A DNA stretch of 64,000 nt from Myxococcota bacterium (lineage in GTDB: Bacteria > Myxococcota > UBA4151): assembly GCA_036338695.1 (NCBI GenBank), contig JAYZBQ010000018.1:816-64815 (forward strand). The letters run 5' to 3'. Below, one piece after another: positions 1 to 9,780 of this stretch; within the stretch, counting starts at the first letter, position 1; every line of letters begins with the position of its first letter. The position numbers and the translations under genes were made by a program. Under the pieces are notes generated by a model, which saw only the letters and a program-made list of their open reading frames with translations, was not told the origin of the DNA and searched no databases.

Positions 1-1338
1 CCCGTTTGGCGTCCCGTCCGCGTTCCCCGTTTGATCCGACAACAGCCCATCGAGGATCGGTCCGGGCAAAAAGTCGTTCCAGAACGCCGACCAAGCCACC
101 ACGACCAAGACCATGACGGCGAACAGCGCCTGAGACCACACGCCGGGCCGGACGCGCAGCAAAACGACCGCACAGATGATGAACACGAGGATTGCGAGCG
201 AGCTGTAGACGCGCTCAGCGGACTGCCACGTCGTATGCCCCTGGGCGGTCCGGGTCTTCGAGACCGTCGCCACGCCCGTTTTGCGCGCCAACTCATCGCA
301 GCGGTCCCCGCCGTGCTCGGCACACCAGGCGATCGCCATCGGCTCATACAGGTGCACCATGGCGGGGACCATGCGGCTGATCGAGTACGCGTCGAGCATA
401 AAGGCGAGCCCCCGCTCGTCTCGATGGAGGTCGGCGAGGACGCAACCGACCTGCATCGCCAGCCGCGGCTGCTTGCGCCGAAAGCTCTGGCTAACCGCCA
501 CGGTATCGTTCGGGATTGGATCAGAGTACCAGATCGCCTTGATCTTATCGCCGTAGATGCCCCCAAAGTACTTGTTCCAGGCGCCCGTCCCCTCCTCGGG
601 TGGATCGGTCCAGGTGGCGCCGACGTCCACTTGACCGTTGGCGACCGCCTTGATCACCGCCGCAGGTGAGCCCCCCATGATCTGCTGTGCGAAGAAAGTC
701 TCTGGATTGATCGGCTCCCCATCGCACGTTGTCGCCTGCATCATCATGCGCGGGATCAAGTAGCCTGATCCGGATGTCGGCGTAACCCAGGCGATGCTCT
801 TGCCCTTGAGGTCACACAGGCTCCGGATACCGGCTGCCTCGGCGCGCTCCTTTTGGACCAACAAGCCCGAGAAATAATGGAGTGATCCATAGCGCGACGC
901 GGTCAACAAGGGCAGCGCGCCCACCTCATGATAGAGCTGCGCAAAGGGGATCGGCCCCGTCCAGCTCAGCTGGACTTGATCGGCTCGCATGGCAGGTAAG
1001 ATGGCGCGCGTGTCACCCGAAGCCGCCGAAAATCGAACGCGACTCGCCACCGGGTCAGGCTCCCGGCCTTCCGGTCCGTAGCGCGCCTCAAACAGGTCAC
1101 TGACCACTCGAGCGAAGCGCACCTCAGCCGGCTCTCGGACCTCTTTTTGGCTCTCAATGGGCGCTAAAGCGAAGCGCACATCGATGGGTTGGTCACCGGG
1201 AGCTGGCGGGAACCACTCGACCATTGCGCAAGGGTGAACGCCGGTGCTGTCCAGCATCTGCGAGACCGGGACCGTGGGCTCCTCGGCTCGAGCCGATGTG
1301 CTGATGAGGCAGACGAGCGCAAGGAGACGCCAGCTCAT
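1..1338 (-). CDS. phnD: PhnD/SsuA-type periplasmic substrate-binding protein of a phosphonate/phosphite-class ABC importer (partial; runs off window edge). Frame stays open about 446 codons, through a C-terminal hydrophobic permease-like region.
   Basis: Manual translation of the minus strand from ATG at 1338: signal peptide [18 protein letters not shown] and a TPTSGSGYLIPR motif typical of PhnD-family SBPs. The ATG overlaps the phnC stop (ATGA). No stop codon occurs before position 1. The tail ...YSSLAILVFIICAVVLLRVRPGVWSQALFAVMVLVVVAWSAFW is TM-like. It is absent from the ORF track only because it is unterminated. Confidence 0.7.
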   Translation of the reverse strand, partial: MSWRLLALVCLISTSARAEEPTVPVSQMLDSTGVHPCAMVEWFPPAPGDQPIDVRFALAPIESQKEVREPAEVRFARVVSDLFEARYGPEGREPDPVASRVRFSAASGDTRAILPAMRADQVQLSWTGPIPFAQLYHEVGALPLLTASRYGSLHYFSGLLVQKERAEAAGIRSLCDLKGKSIAWVTPTSGSGYLIPRMMMQATTCDGEPINPETFFAQQIMGGSPAAVIKAVANGQVDVGATWTDPPEEGTGAWNKYFGGIYGDKIKAIWYSDPIPNDTVAVSQSFRRKQPRLAMQVGCVLADLHRDERGLAFMLDAYSISRMVPAMVHLYEPMAIAWCAEHGGDRCDELARKTGVATVSKTRTAQGHTTWQSAERVYSSLAILVFIICAVVLLRVRPGVWSQALFAVMVLVVVAWSAFWNDFLPGPILDGLLSDQTGNADGTPNG

Positions 1339-2102
1339 AGCGCGTCCAGTTCTTCGTCACTGAGGCGGTAGATCTCCTCAAGTCGCTGTGCGCTCATCTC
1401 AGACGGGCTACCATCCCAGATCAGTCGCCCGGCGCGCAGGGCGATCACCCGATCACAGTAATCTCTCGCAAGCTCGATCTCGTGGAGGTTCAACAGGATC
1501 GAGATGCGCCGCTCTTGATTGATCTGACGCAGCAACCCCAACACCGACGTCGTCAGCTTGGGGTCCAGGCTTGCAGTCGGCTCATCAGCCAAGATCAGGT
1601 CGGGCTCCTGCGCCAGCACGCGCGCAATCGCCACGCGCTGCTGCTGTCCGCCGCTCATCGCAGCGCAAAAGCTCTCCTCCCGCCCCGCCAAACCGACCGC
1701 AGCGATCGCCTCCAACGCCTTCGACTCATCCTCGGCCTCAAAACGCCCAAGCAGCGCCGCCTTCAGCCCACGGTGACCGAGCCGGCCGTTGAGCACGTTG
1801 CGCAGGACGGTGTGGCTCTTGACCAAGTTAAACTGCTGGAACACGAACCCGACGCGTCGCCTGAGCATGCGCAGCTGCGCCGCGTTGGCGCCCGTCAGCC
1901 GATGCGCTCCGAGCGCAATCTCGCCGGCGCTGGGTGTGATCAAGCCGTTGATGCAGCGCAACAGGGTCGACTTACCCGCCCCGCTCAGACCGATGACAGC
2001 GACAAACTGCCCCTCGGGGACGGTCAGGTCGACGCCATCGAGCCCGCGGTGCCCGTTCGGCCACTCCATCGTCAGGTTGGTTAGCTTGAGCTCGGCGGTC
2101 AT
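1335..2102 (-). CDS. phnC: Phosphonate-type ABC transporter ATP-binding protein
   Basis: Walker [13 protein letters not shown] signature [15 protein letters not shown], Walker [13 protein letters not shown]; PhnC-like length (255 aa). Confidence 0.9.
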   Translation of the reverse strand: MTAELKLTNLTMEWPNGHRGLDGVDLTVPEGQFVAVIGLSGAGKSTLLRCINGLITPSAGEIALGAHRLTGANAAQLRMLRRRVGFVFQQFNLVKSHTVLRNVLNGRLGHRGLKAALLGRFEAEDESKALEAIAAVGLAGREESFCAAMSGGQQQRVAIARVLAQEPDLILADEPTASLDPKLTTSVLGLLRQINQERRISILLNLHEIELARDYCDRVIALRAGRLIWDGSPSEMSAQRLEEIYRLSDEELDAL

Positions 2103-2158
2103 GGCGACCGGTCTACAGCAGCGGCTCGGTTTGGTGAACCCGCCTCAGCGTCTCGGCT

Positions 2159-3730
2159 CTAGAAGGACCACTTCAAGCCGACGCCGACATGATTTCCGAG
2201 CACCTCGTTACGCCCCCCTGTGAGCGCAATCTCGAGGTCTTCTTTGGTGTACCCAGCGCTCAACGAGGCGTCGAGCGTCCCCGTCCTCACGGCGTAGCCG
2301 GCGCGGCCTTTCACCTGGAGTTCGCCATCGCCTAGCTTGCGTGAGAAGGCGTATCCGACGCTCATCGACTCCAGCGCCAGCCCACTCCCGTAGCGCGCCT
2401 CGACCGACGAGGCGCCATGGCTGGCGTGCGCGTGGGTCAATGTAGAGGCCCCTGAGGTGATGCCACCGACTCCATCGAGCTGCAGCTTGTGGCTCAGCTT
2501 GGTGTTCACACCGGCGAGTTCATGCCCGACGTCGACCCGATCGACCGTCAGCCCAGTCGTGCGATCGTTCGAGGCGACCAAACCAGCGGTCGCCGTCGTC
2601 GTCACGCCGTTATCGAAGTTGCGGCTGTGCGTCATCCCGAGCCGAAGGCTCGTCAGATCAAGCTGTCCATCCACACGAGAAGCCACCGCCTCGCCCGCCA
2701 GGTCGATGGTCCGTCCTGCGTCCTCGATGCGATGGTCGACGCTCAGGCGCGCCGTCTCAACGGCGAGCCGGTCATCGATGGAGGTCGCGCTGACGGCTCC
2801 ACGCAGCGTGGTGCTCGAACGATCACCGGTCACCGAATAGGAGGACTGAAGATCGGCAGCGCGCACTCTAAAGGCGCCGTCGGTCCGCTCGAGATCGACA
2901 GCGCCCGAGAGCGTCGTCGTCGATCGATCCGTCGTGCGGCGGTGCCTCACGCCCACCTCAGCGGCGTCCATGCGCAAACCGCCGTCACGGTGCGACGCCT
3001 CAACCGAGGCGTCGTAAGTCGTACCGTTATCGCCCTCGCCCGTGCGGTGGCTTAGGTTCAACCGTCCGCTCAGATCGCTCAACCGCTCACCCCAGCTGAA
3101 CCGGGCGCCTGCCTCCGTGCGCTCCCCCAGCTTTTTGGTCAGCTCAGGCTTGATGCCCAGGCGCTCAAGGGCGTCCGAGCCATGTCGGTAGGCATAGACG
3201 GCGCCACCGACTGCGGCACCCGCAGCCAAGCCATAATACGCCCCAGGGTGATCTTTTTTGAGCTTAGCGACCGACTCCTTCGCCACCTCTGAGCCCAGCT
3301 CACCGAGGTTACCGAGGGTGTAGGCTCCGGGATCTTTGACGTCCAAGCCGCGGCGTTTGATCTCGTGCTCAACACGGCTTGCGAGCTCCGGACTCAGCGC
3401 CCGAACGGGCAGCTCCTTGATCAAATCCACGGCGGCCGACTCGAGGTCGGCGAGTTGCGCTTCCGTGAGGTGATCGGAGCGCGCAGGCTCGAGGCCAGCG
3501 GCGCGACGCGCCATGCTCATGGCGTCATCGCCCAGCGCGCGCTGCGTCCGCCGAGCGAAGCGCTTCATCGCTGCGTCGACGAGCGGGTCGGCTGAACCCT
3601 TCTCAAAGCCGTCCTCAACCTTACGAACGCCTGCATCCGCCACGCGCTCAACGCCCGCGCCCACGGGCTCGTTGCCACGCGCCGGTCCGGCGCTCGGTTG
3701 GGGGCGATGATGGCTTGGTCGAATGGGCAT
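2159..3730 (-). CDS. Putative outer-membrane beta-barrel protein (hypothetical)
   Basis: 523 aa with alternating amphipathic Ser/Thr/Gly/Asp-rich strands. The C-terminal residue is Phe (…GVGLKWSF), as in OMP beta-barrels. No homologue recognised. It sits directly upstream of phnC on the same strand. Confidence 0.5.
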   Translation of the reverse strand: MPIRPSHHRPQPSAGPARGNEPVGAGVERVADAGVRKVEDGFEKGSADPLVDAAMKRFARRTQRALGDDAMSMARRAAGLEPARSDHLTEAQLADLESAAVDLIKELPVRALSPELASRVEHEIKRRGLDVKDPGAYTLGNLGELGSEVAKESVAKLKKDHPGAYYGLAAGAAVGGAVYAYRHGSDALERLGIKPELTKKLGERTEAGARFSWGERLSDLSGRLNLSHRTGEGDNGTTYDASVEASHRDGGLRMDAAEVGVRHRRTTDRSTTTLSGAVDLERTDGAFRVRAADLQSSYSVTGDRSSTTLRGAVSATSIDDRLAVETARLSVDHRIEDAGRTIDLAGEAVASRVDGQLDLTSLRLGMTHSRNFDNGVTTTATAGLVASNDRTTGLTVDRVDVGHELAGVNTKLSHKLQLDGVGGITSGASTLTHAHASHGASSVEARYGSGLALESMSVGYAFSRKLGDGELQVKGRAGYAVRTGTLDASLSAGYTKEDLEIALTGGRNEVLGNHVGVGLKWSF

Positions 3731-3783
3731 ATGAACAACACTCCTAACAAGATCATCGGCGCAGCCGCGTGTGCGTTGCGCAC

Positions 3784-4479
3784 CTAGCGCTGAAATTCAC
3801 CGCCGCAGTCTTCGCAACGATAAGCACGGGCGGCGACTTCGCGCAAATGACCGCCGCACGCGGGGCAGACCCGTTGGTCGATCGCTTGACTCACCATATG
3901 CTCGATGCCGACCCAAGGGTCTCGCTCGATATCCACTTCACCCGCCCCCACCCGCTCGAGCAGATCGATCAGACGCGCCAGGCGCAGACTCCGCGGCATC
4001 GCCTCACTCGCGGCGCGAAACTTACGCAGTGCGCGGGTGAACTCCGAACCGACCAGCGAAGCAAACCCGGCGTGAACAAGCGCCGAGACATCGTCATTGT
4101 GCCGGTTTTGAGGCTGATCGCTGACATCGCCCGCGCCGTTTCGGGCGCGGATGCCGGCGCGCTCGAGCGCGGCCCGTGCGCGCACCACCCGCTGGTCCTC
4201 GAACAAGAGCTCCGAAGCCTGAAGCTGCTCAACCAGCCGCACGAGGTGATGCAGATCAACGCCCGCACCCTCGAAACGCTGATCGATGCGACGCGCGATC
4301 TCACCGAGGGGCGTCTCGCCGTCCATCTGCAAGAACGCGAAGTATCCGATCGCAGTCAGGGGGATGGGCTCGGCGCCTGGGCGTCTGAGGATGAGCGTCG
4401 ACGCCATATCCTGACGCTGCAGCCGAACCTCGACGTCGGCGCGTGCCCGTGGCTGGAGTCGCTCGAGCTCGTCGATCAC
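3784..4479 (-). CDS. Hypothetical protein with a PqqD/RRE-like N-terminal domain and a C-terminal CxxC…CxxC zinc ribbon
   Basis: The N-terminal segment LTAIGYFAFLQMDGETPLGEIARRIDQRF…VDLHHLVRLVEQLQASELL resembles the PqqD-family (peptide-binding RRE) signature. The C-terminus CPACGGHLREVAARAYRCEDCGG is a zinc ribbon. ATGA-coupled to the upstream gene. Confidence 0.5.
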   Translation of the reverse strand: MIDELERLQPRARADVEVRLQRQDMASTLILRRPGAEPIPLTAIGYFAFLQMDGETPLGEIARRIDQRFEGAGVDLHHLVRLVEQLQASELLFEDQRVVRARAALERAGIRARNGAGDVSDQPQNRHNDDVSALVHAGFASLVGSEFTRALRKFRAASEAMPRSLRLARLIDLLERVGAGEVDIERDPWVGIEHMVSQAIDQRVCPACGGHLREVAARAYRCEDCGGEFQR

Positions 4480-4991
4480 TCGCCCACCCGCGCCAAACCA
4501 CGAACCGGCCCCGCCAGCTTGAGCTGCTCAAACCGGTCATTCGCCGTGGCGCCCCCAAGCGCCTCGATTCGATGCCCTCGGCCGTAGAACTCCACCGGAC
4601 CGTCGATCTCGAGAAGGCGCGTGCGGCCGCTGTAGGTCACGCTCGGCGCCCGAAACCCACGCCCGCTGCTCAAGCGACCGTGCACTTTGCCGTTGAGCTC
4701 AATGTCCTCAGCGCCCACCAGTCGGGCACGCTGCGCGTCGAGCTTAAAGCCCGAATCCAGGAAGTGAACACGGACTCCCTCAAGCACCTGCGATTCGCCG
4801 CTCTGAAAGCCAGAGAAGCGCCGCGCCGTAAGCGAGGCGATCAGCTGCCCGTCGGCCGAGCTGTGGAGGTGGGTTGAGAGGCGAGCGCCCGAGAAGTCCG
4901 GTCCTGCGTCGGCGAACAGGTCCTCGCTGAGCGAGCCATCCACGCAGGCGCTGCACAGCGCAAGGAGCAGCCCGGCACCGAGGCGCATCAA
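4476..4991 (-). CDS. Secreted/lipoprotein of unknown function (possible beta-jellyroll LptC/OstA-like fold)
   Basis: Signal/lipobox LLLALCSAC. 171 aa, beta-rich. Start overlaps the lepA stop and its stop overlaps the next start (4-nt overlaps). Confidence 0.5.
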   Translation of the reverse strand: MMRLGAGLLLALCSACVDGSLSEDLFADAGPDFSGARLSTHLHSSADGQLIASLTARRFSGFQSGESQVLEGVRVHFLDSGFKLDAQRARLVGAEDIELNGKVHGRLSSGRGFRAPSVTYSGRTRLLEIDGPVEFYGRGHRIEALGGATANDRFEQLKLAGPVRGLARVGE

Positions 4992-6793
4992 TCCGCTTTC
5001 AAGATGTTGAGGAAGGCGCTTTGAGGGATCTGGACGTTCCCTACCGACTTCATCCGCTTCTTCCCTTTTTTCTGTTTTTCAAGCAGCTTACGCTTACGAG
5101 AGTTGTCGCCACCGTAACACTTCGCCGTCACGTCTTTGCGCAGCGCTGGGATGGTCTCGCGGGCAATGACTTTGTTTCCAATCGCCGACTGCACCGCGAC
5201 GGCGAACTGGTGCCTGGGCAGCTCGGCCTTCATCTTTTTGCACAGCGCTCGCCCGCGATAGTAGGCGTTATCTCGGTGCGTGATGATGCTGAGCGCATCA
5301 ACCGTCTCGCCGTTGACGAGCAGGTCCAAGCGGACCAGGTCTGCCTCGCGGAAATCGGCGAGCTCGTAGTCCATGGAGGCGTAGCCCTTGGTGTTGGACT
5401 TGAGCACATCGAAGAAGTCAAACACCACCTCCGACATCGGCAGATCGTAGCTCAGCGTCACCCGATCTTGCGAGAGATAGCGCATCTCATTTTGCACGCC
5501 GCGCCGCTCCTGACAGATTTTCATCACGGTCCCGACGAAGTCGTTCGGGACGTGGATCTCTGCCTTGATGAAGGGCTCGAGCACGACCGTCTCTCGCCGC
5601 TTCTCAGTCGGGAATTTGGCGGGGTTGTCGAGCAGGTCGATTCGATCATCCGGGTGACGCAGCTTGTAGACGACCGTGGGCGCGGTGGTGATCAGATCGA
5701 GGTCAAACTCGCGCTCGAGCCGCTCTTGAACGATCTCCATGTGCAGCAGCCCCAAGAACCCACAGCGATAACCCATCCCAAGGGCGCTGGAGTTCTCGAC
5801 CTCCCAGGTGATCGATGCGTCGTTGAGCGCCAACTTCTCCAGGCTCTCACCAAGCTCCGAGTAGTCCGCAGCATCCACAGGAAAGATCCCAGCGAACACC
5901 ATGGGTTTGACCTCTTGAAAGCCAGAGAGCGGCTCGAGCTCGGCCGCCTCCTTGGCGGCGCATAGAGTGTCGCCTACTTTGGCGTCGCGGAGGGTCTTGA
6001 TCCCGCAGATCACGAGCCCGATCTCGCCGGTGTTCAGTCGATCCAGTTTGGTGTGATGCGGCGTGTATGCGCCCACCTCAAGGACCGTGTAGCGCCCCTC
6101 CGTGTGCTTCAAGAAGATGTCGTCGCCGGCTGCGAGCGACCCATCCACCACGCGCACGAGCAAGACGACGCCGCGGTACGGGTCGTACCATGAGTCAAAG
6201 ATCAGGGCGCGCAGCGGTGCATCGGCGTCCCCGTCTGGCGACGGCAAGCCCTCGACCAACGAGGCGAGCAGCTCATCGACGCCGAGCCCGCTTTTCGCAG
6301 AGATGTGCTTGATCCCTGTGGTGTCCAAGCCGATCCCTTGCTCGATCTCCTCGGCCACGCGCTCGGGCTCGGCTGCCGGCAGATCAATCTTGTTGAGCAC
6401 CGGAATGATTTCGAGGTCGTTCTCGACCGCCAAGTAGACGTTGGCGAGCGTCTGCGCCTCCACGCCTTGGCTCGCATCCACGACGAGCAGCGCCCCGTCA
6501 CAGGCTGCGAGCGAGCGGCTCACCTCGTAACCAAAGTCGACATGACCCGGCGTATCAACGAGGTTGATCATGTAGTCCAAGCCGTCGCTGTGGCGGTATG
6601 TTAGCCGCACCGCCTGCGCCTTGATGGTGATCCCGCGCTCGCGTTCGATGTCCATCTTATCAAGGAATTGCTGACGCTCTTCGCGCTGCGTCAGAGCGCC
6701 GGTGATCCCGAGCAGACGGTCGGCGAGGGTCGACTTGCCATGGTCGATGTGGGCGATGATCGAGAAGTTACGAATTCGCTCGCGCGGGATCAT
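4988..6793 (-). CDS. lepA: Elongation factor 4 (LepA)
   Basis: [21 protein letters not shown]1 motif, [12 protein letters not shown]; 601 aa with a LepA-specific C-terminus. Confidence 0.95.
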   Translation of the reverse strand: MIPRERIRNFSIIAHIDHGKSTLADRLLGITGALTQREERQQFLDKMDIERERGITIKAQAVRLTYRHSDGLDYMINLVDTPGHVDFGYEVSRSLAACDGALLVVDASQGVEAQTLANVYLAVENDLEIIPVLNKIDLPAAEPERVAEEIEQGIGLDTTGIKHISAKSGLGVDELLASLVEGLPSPDGDADAPLRALIFDSWYDPYRGVVLLVRVVDGSLAAGDDIFLKHTEGRYTVLEVGAYTPHHTKLDRLNTGEIGLVICGIKTLRDAKVGDTLCAAKEAAELEPLSGFQEVKPMVFAGIFPVDAADYSELGESLEKLALNDASITWEVENSSALGMGYRCGFLGLLHMEIVQERLEREFDLDLITTAPTVVYKLRHPDDRIDLLDNPAKFPTEKRRETVVLEPFIKAEIHVPNDFVGTVMKICQERRGVQNEMRYLSQDRVTLSYDLPMSEVVFDFFDVLKSNTKGYASMDYELADFREADLVRLDLLVNGETVDALSIITHRDNAYYRGRALCKKMKAELPRHQFAVAVQSAIGNKVIARETIPALRKDVTAKCYGGDNSRKRKLLEKQKKGKKRMKSVGNVQIPQSAFLNILKAD

Positions 6794-7719
6794 GGGGTCA
6801 GCTCGGCATAAGTTATCGTTAACCCTTTAGCCAAAGGCGTTTCGGCCCGCCAATCAAAAGTTTGCTCGGCGCGCTGCGCGTCCAATGCGCTGCGCGCAAC
6901 CTCGCCCGTGCGCGCCGGCTCAAAAAGCACCTCCGGCGCACGCCCGGAGATCCGCTCGATGTGCTCGGTCAGCTCGAGCACGGACGTCTCAGTCCCTGTG
7001 CCCAAATTGTAGACGTCACGAGCACCTGCTGTGTCGGCAACACGCCACAGCGCGTCGACGACATCGTAAACAAAGAGGTAATCACGTGTCGCCGAACCGT
7101 CGCCAAAAACAGTCAGCGCCTGCCCCGCGGCGTGGCGCCGACAAAAAATCGCGATCACACCTGCCTCACCCTTTGGGCTCTGCCGAGGGCCATACACGTT
7201 TGCAAAGCGCAGCGCCGGTGTGCGCACCCCGTGCAAGCGCCCCATCTGAGCCCAGTACACCTCTGCGGCGCGCTTGGCCGCGCCATAGCCGCTGATCGGC
7301 TCGATCGGATGATCCTCCTGCGCCAGAGGCGTACGCTGGACGCCATAGACGGCGGCGCTGCTCGCGAGCACCGCCGCTTCAAGGCTGCCACCTCGCTGCG
7401 CTGCGCCAAGCATGGCGACCGTTCCAGCGACGTTGATCATGGCGTCATGAACGGGCTCATTCACGGAGACGCGCACGTCCACCTGAGCCGCAAGGTGAAC
7501 CAATCGCTGCGGCGCAAAGTCGGCGACAGCCTCTGCCGTCGAGGCAGCTGTTATGCAGCCGTCGAACCACTCAGCTGCCTTCGGGATCTGCTCGCGCAGC
7601 CCCGTCACCAAATTGTCGACCACCTGGACTCGGTGCCCGGATCGGATCAGCCGATCGACGAGATGCGAGCCGATAAAGCCGGCACCACCGGTGACGGTTA
7701 CGCGCATCGCCCCACCCAA
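6790..7719 (-). CDS. NAD-dependent epimerase/dehydratase (SDR family, UDP-sugar 4-epimerase-like)
   Basis: Rossmann [11 protein letters not shown], catalytic YGAAK (YxxxK). True start probably MRVTV at ~7707. Confidence 0.85.
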   Translation of the reverse strand: MGGAMRVTVTGGAGFIGSHLVDRLIRSGHRVQVVDNLVTGLREQIPKAAEWFDGCITAASTAEAVADFAPQRLVHLAAQVDVRVSVNEPVHDAMINVAGTVAMLGAAQRGGSLEAAVLASSAAVYGVQRTPLAQEDHPIEPISGYGAAKRAAEVYWAQMGRLHGVRTPALRFANVYGPRQSPKGEAGVIAIFCRRHAAGQALTVFGDGSATRDYLFVYDVVDALWRVADTAGARDVYNLGTGTETSVLELTEHIERISGRAPEVLFEPARTGEVARSALDAQRAEQTFDWRAETPLAKGLTITYAELTP

Positions 7720-7746
7720 CCTGACGCCGACGCAGCGACGATCAGT

Positions 7747-8451
7747 CTATTTGCCTTCTTTACCGCTCGCAGCAGCCTCTTTATCCGCCTTCTCGGCGCG
7801 CTCGACCGCAGCGTCGACCGAGGTCTTGCCATCGGCGGTTCGTGCGCCGGCGGTCTCAGCGTCTGCGATCACACCCTGGGCGCCCGTGTGCCAGGCGTCG
7901 ATGGCGCCGTCCCCGTCATGATCCACGCCGATCCGCTCGAGCTTACCCTTCTCATCAAAGTACTCCCAGTAGTCGACCTTTCCATCGAGCTTACTGTCCT
8001 GCTCTTTACGGATCAGAGCCCCATCCTCGAAGAACTTCGTCAAGTCCGGCTTGCCGTCGAGGTTCATGTCAAAGGCTTCGCGGATCAGCTTGCCCTCTTC
8101 GAAGGTCCGCACCACGTCTTTGTTTCCGTCAAAGTCGAGGTCGACGGTCTCTTGCGTGGGCTGCTCTTTGACGTTGTAGAGCCGCACCACGTCGATCTTG
8201 CCGTCTGCGTTAAGATCGCTCTCGCGTTTGACGATCACGCGCCGCTCGCCGACGTCTTTGTAATGCTTGAAGATGTCGGGTTTGCCGTCGCCGTTGATGT
8301 CCAGGCCCGTGACACCATCTGGGAGCACCACCTCTGGCTTCTCCTCAGCCTCTTCTTCGACCTGCTGCACCGGCTCTTTCTTGGGCGCTGTCCGGCAGGC
8401 GGGTAGCCACACCAACGAAGCGATCGCTAGACTCGCAAGACTTAGGCGCAT
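7747..8451 (-). CDS. Lipoprotein with at least 6 tandem Dx[DN]xDG calcium-binding loops (EF-hand-like / dockerin-type repeats)
   Basis: Start chosen at MRLSLASLAIASLVWLPAC (lipobox), with GGGAG 7 nt upstream. Repeats: DINGDGKPD, DLNADGKID, DFDGNKD, DMNLDGKPD, DSKLDGKVD, DHDGDGAID. Confidence 0.65.
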   Translation of the reverse strand: MRLSLASLAIASLVWLPACRTAPKKEPVQQVEEEAEEKPEVVLPDGVTGLDINGDGKPDIFKHYKDVGERRVIVKRESDLNADGKIDVVRLYNVKEQPTQETVDLDFDGNKDVVRTFEEGKLIREAFDMNLDGKPDLTKFFEDGALIRKEQDSKLDGKVDYWEYFDEKGKLERIGVDHDGDGAIDAWHTGAQGVIADAETAGARTADGKTSVDAAVERAEKADKEAAASGKEGK

Positions 8452-8525
8452 GAGACGACTCCCTCTAAGCAGCGTGAATGTGTCCAAAAAGCGTGCGGTG
8501 GGCAACACCTAAGCGCGCCGGCCGC

Positions 8526-9152
8526 CTAGCGCAGCGGCGCGCCGGTGACCGCCTCGACATCCGACGCTGCCACGCCCTCGGCCAGCTCAACGATCGCAAA
8601 ATGGTCACCTCGTGGCTCGAAGACCCCGAGGTCGGTGATCACGCGATCGACGCAGCGCATCCCCGTGAGCGGAAAGCTGCACGTCGAAAGAAGCTTGGCG
8701 TCGCCGTTTCGACTCGCATGGGTCATCACCACCACGACGCGCCGGGCACCGCTGACGAGGTCCATCGCACCGCCCATCCCTGTGACCTTCTTATTCGGAA
8801 CCTGCCAGTTGGCGAGGTCACCGTTGGCGGCGACTTGCATACCGCCCAAGATAGCGAGGTCCACGTGCCCCCCGCGGATCATCGCGAAGCTCATGGCCGA
8901 GTCGAACGTGGCCCCGCCGGGGACCAGCGTGACCGTCTGCTTACCGGCGTTGATCAGCTGCGGGTCGACCTCTTCCTCGGTAGGGAAAGGTCCCATGCCG
9001 AGGAGCCCGTTCTCGCTGTGAATCAACACCTCGGTCTCCTCGGGGAGGAGGTTGGCGATTAAGGTCGGGATCCCAATCCCGAGGTTGACGACGCTTCGAG
9101 GTGCGACCTCCTGTGCGGCGCGTGCTGCGATCTGCTGGCGAGACCATCCCAT
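8526..9152 (-). CDS. scoB: 3-oxoacid CoA-transferase subunit B
   Basis: Near-collinear similarity to ScoB/AtoA: NLGIGIPTL, SENG catalytic-Glu motif, AMIRGGHVDLAILGG, MGGAMDL. Confidence 0.9.
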   Translation of the reverse strand: MGWSRQQIAARAAQEVAPRSVVNLGIGIPTLIANLLPEETEVLIHSENGLLGMGPFPTEEEVDPQLINAGKQTVTLVPGGATFDSAMSFAMIRGGHVDLAILGGMQVAANGDLANWQVPNKKVTGMGGAMDLVSGARRVVVVMTHASRNGDAKLLSTCSFPLTGMRCVDRVITDLGVFEPRGDHFAIVELAEGVAASDVEAVTGAPLR

Positions 9153-9223
9153 CGCAAGCTCTCCCTATCTGCTTGCGGGGGTTATGCTTGCGCAGGAGGC
9201 GCTTGGCAACGCAGGATCGCTGT

Positions 9224-9730
9224 ATGGACGAGCAGATCTTTCGCACCTTGCAGCCAGCGCTGCTGTCGCTCCTCGATGAGTCGATCTGGGCGCTGATCAC
9301 GTCCAAGGCGTTGCCGCTGGTCATCCTCGCCGCCGCCGCGTTCTGGGCGCATCGAAACCAGCGCTGGAAAACGCTGGCAATCTGCGTCGCGCTCGGGCTC
9401 CTCGGCGAGTCGATCAGCAGCCACCTCATCAAGCCCTTACTGGCGGTCCCACGCCCCTGCCGCCTCGAAGGCATGAGCCTCTTGAGTCGATGCTCATGGA
9501 CCTATTCCATGCCCTCGAGTCACGCTGTCTCGATCACGGCCGGCTTGGTCCCGCTGGCGCTTCACTGGCGCCGAGCGGCGCCTTGGCTTGCGGTGGCGTC
9601 GCTGCTCTTTATCCTGTCGCGTGCGGCGCTCGGTATGCACTGGCCATCTGATCTCTTCGTCGGTGCTTTGCTCGGGTCTGCAATCGGATTTACGGGTTAC
9701 CAACTTCAAAAGCGAACGACGGCTAGGTGA
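9224..9730 (+). CDS. PAP2-family phosphatase (undecaprenyl-diphosphatase-like) membrane protein
   Basis: PAP2 motifs KPLLAVPRP, PSSHA, GMHWPSD. Multi-TM. Start set at MDEQIF; an earlier alternative start is possible. Confidence 0.7.
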   Translation: MDEQIFRTLQPALLSLLDESIWALITSKALPLVILAAAAFWAHRNQRWKTLAICVALGLLGESISSHLIKPLLAVPRPCRLEGMSLLSRCSWTYSMPSSHAVSITAGLVPLALHWRRAAPWLAVASLLFILSRAALGMHWPSDLFVGALLGSAIGFTGYQLQKRTTAR

Positions 9731-9780
9731 CGGCCGCCGGAATTGTTTGATAGCGGTGAGACCCACTAGGAGGCCTGTCG

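Noticed and set aside
31-669. 212-aa plus-strand ORF at the window start
   Set aside because: Lies antisense to the verified PhnD-like frame. Arg/Asp/His-rich low-complexity product with no motifs. Typical high-GC antisense artefact.
6862-8406. 514-aa plus-strand ORF
   Set aside because: Antisense to the epimerase and Ca-loop lipoprotein genes, which have clear motifs (GxxGxxG, YxxxK, Dx[DN]xDG). Its product is Arg/Ala/Leu-rich without features.
8941-9474. 177-aa minus ORF that could have been a scoA candidate
   Set aside because: No CoA-transferase A-subunit motifs. Overlaps the PAP2 gene on the opposite strand and the scoB start. Arg-rich artefact.
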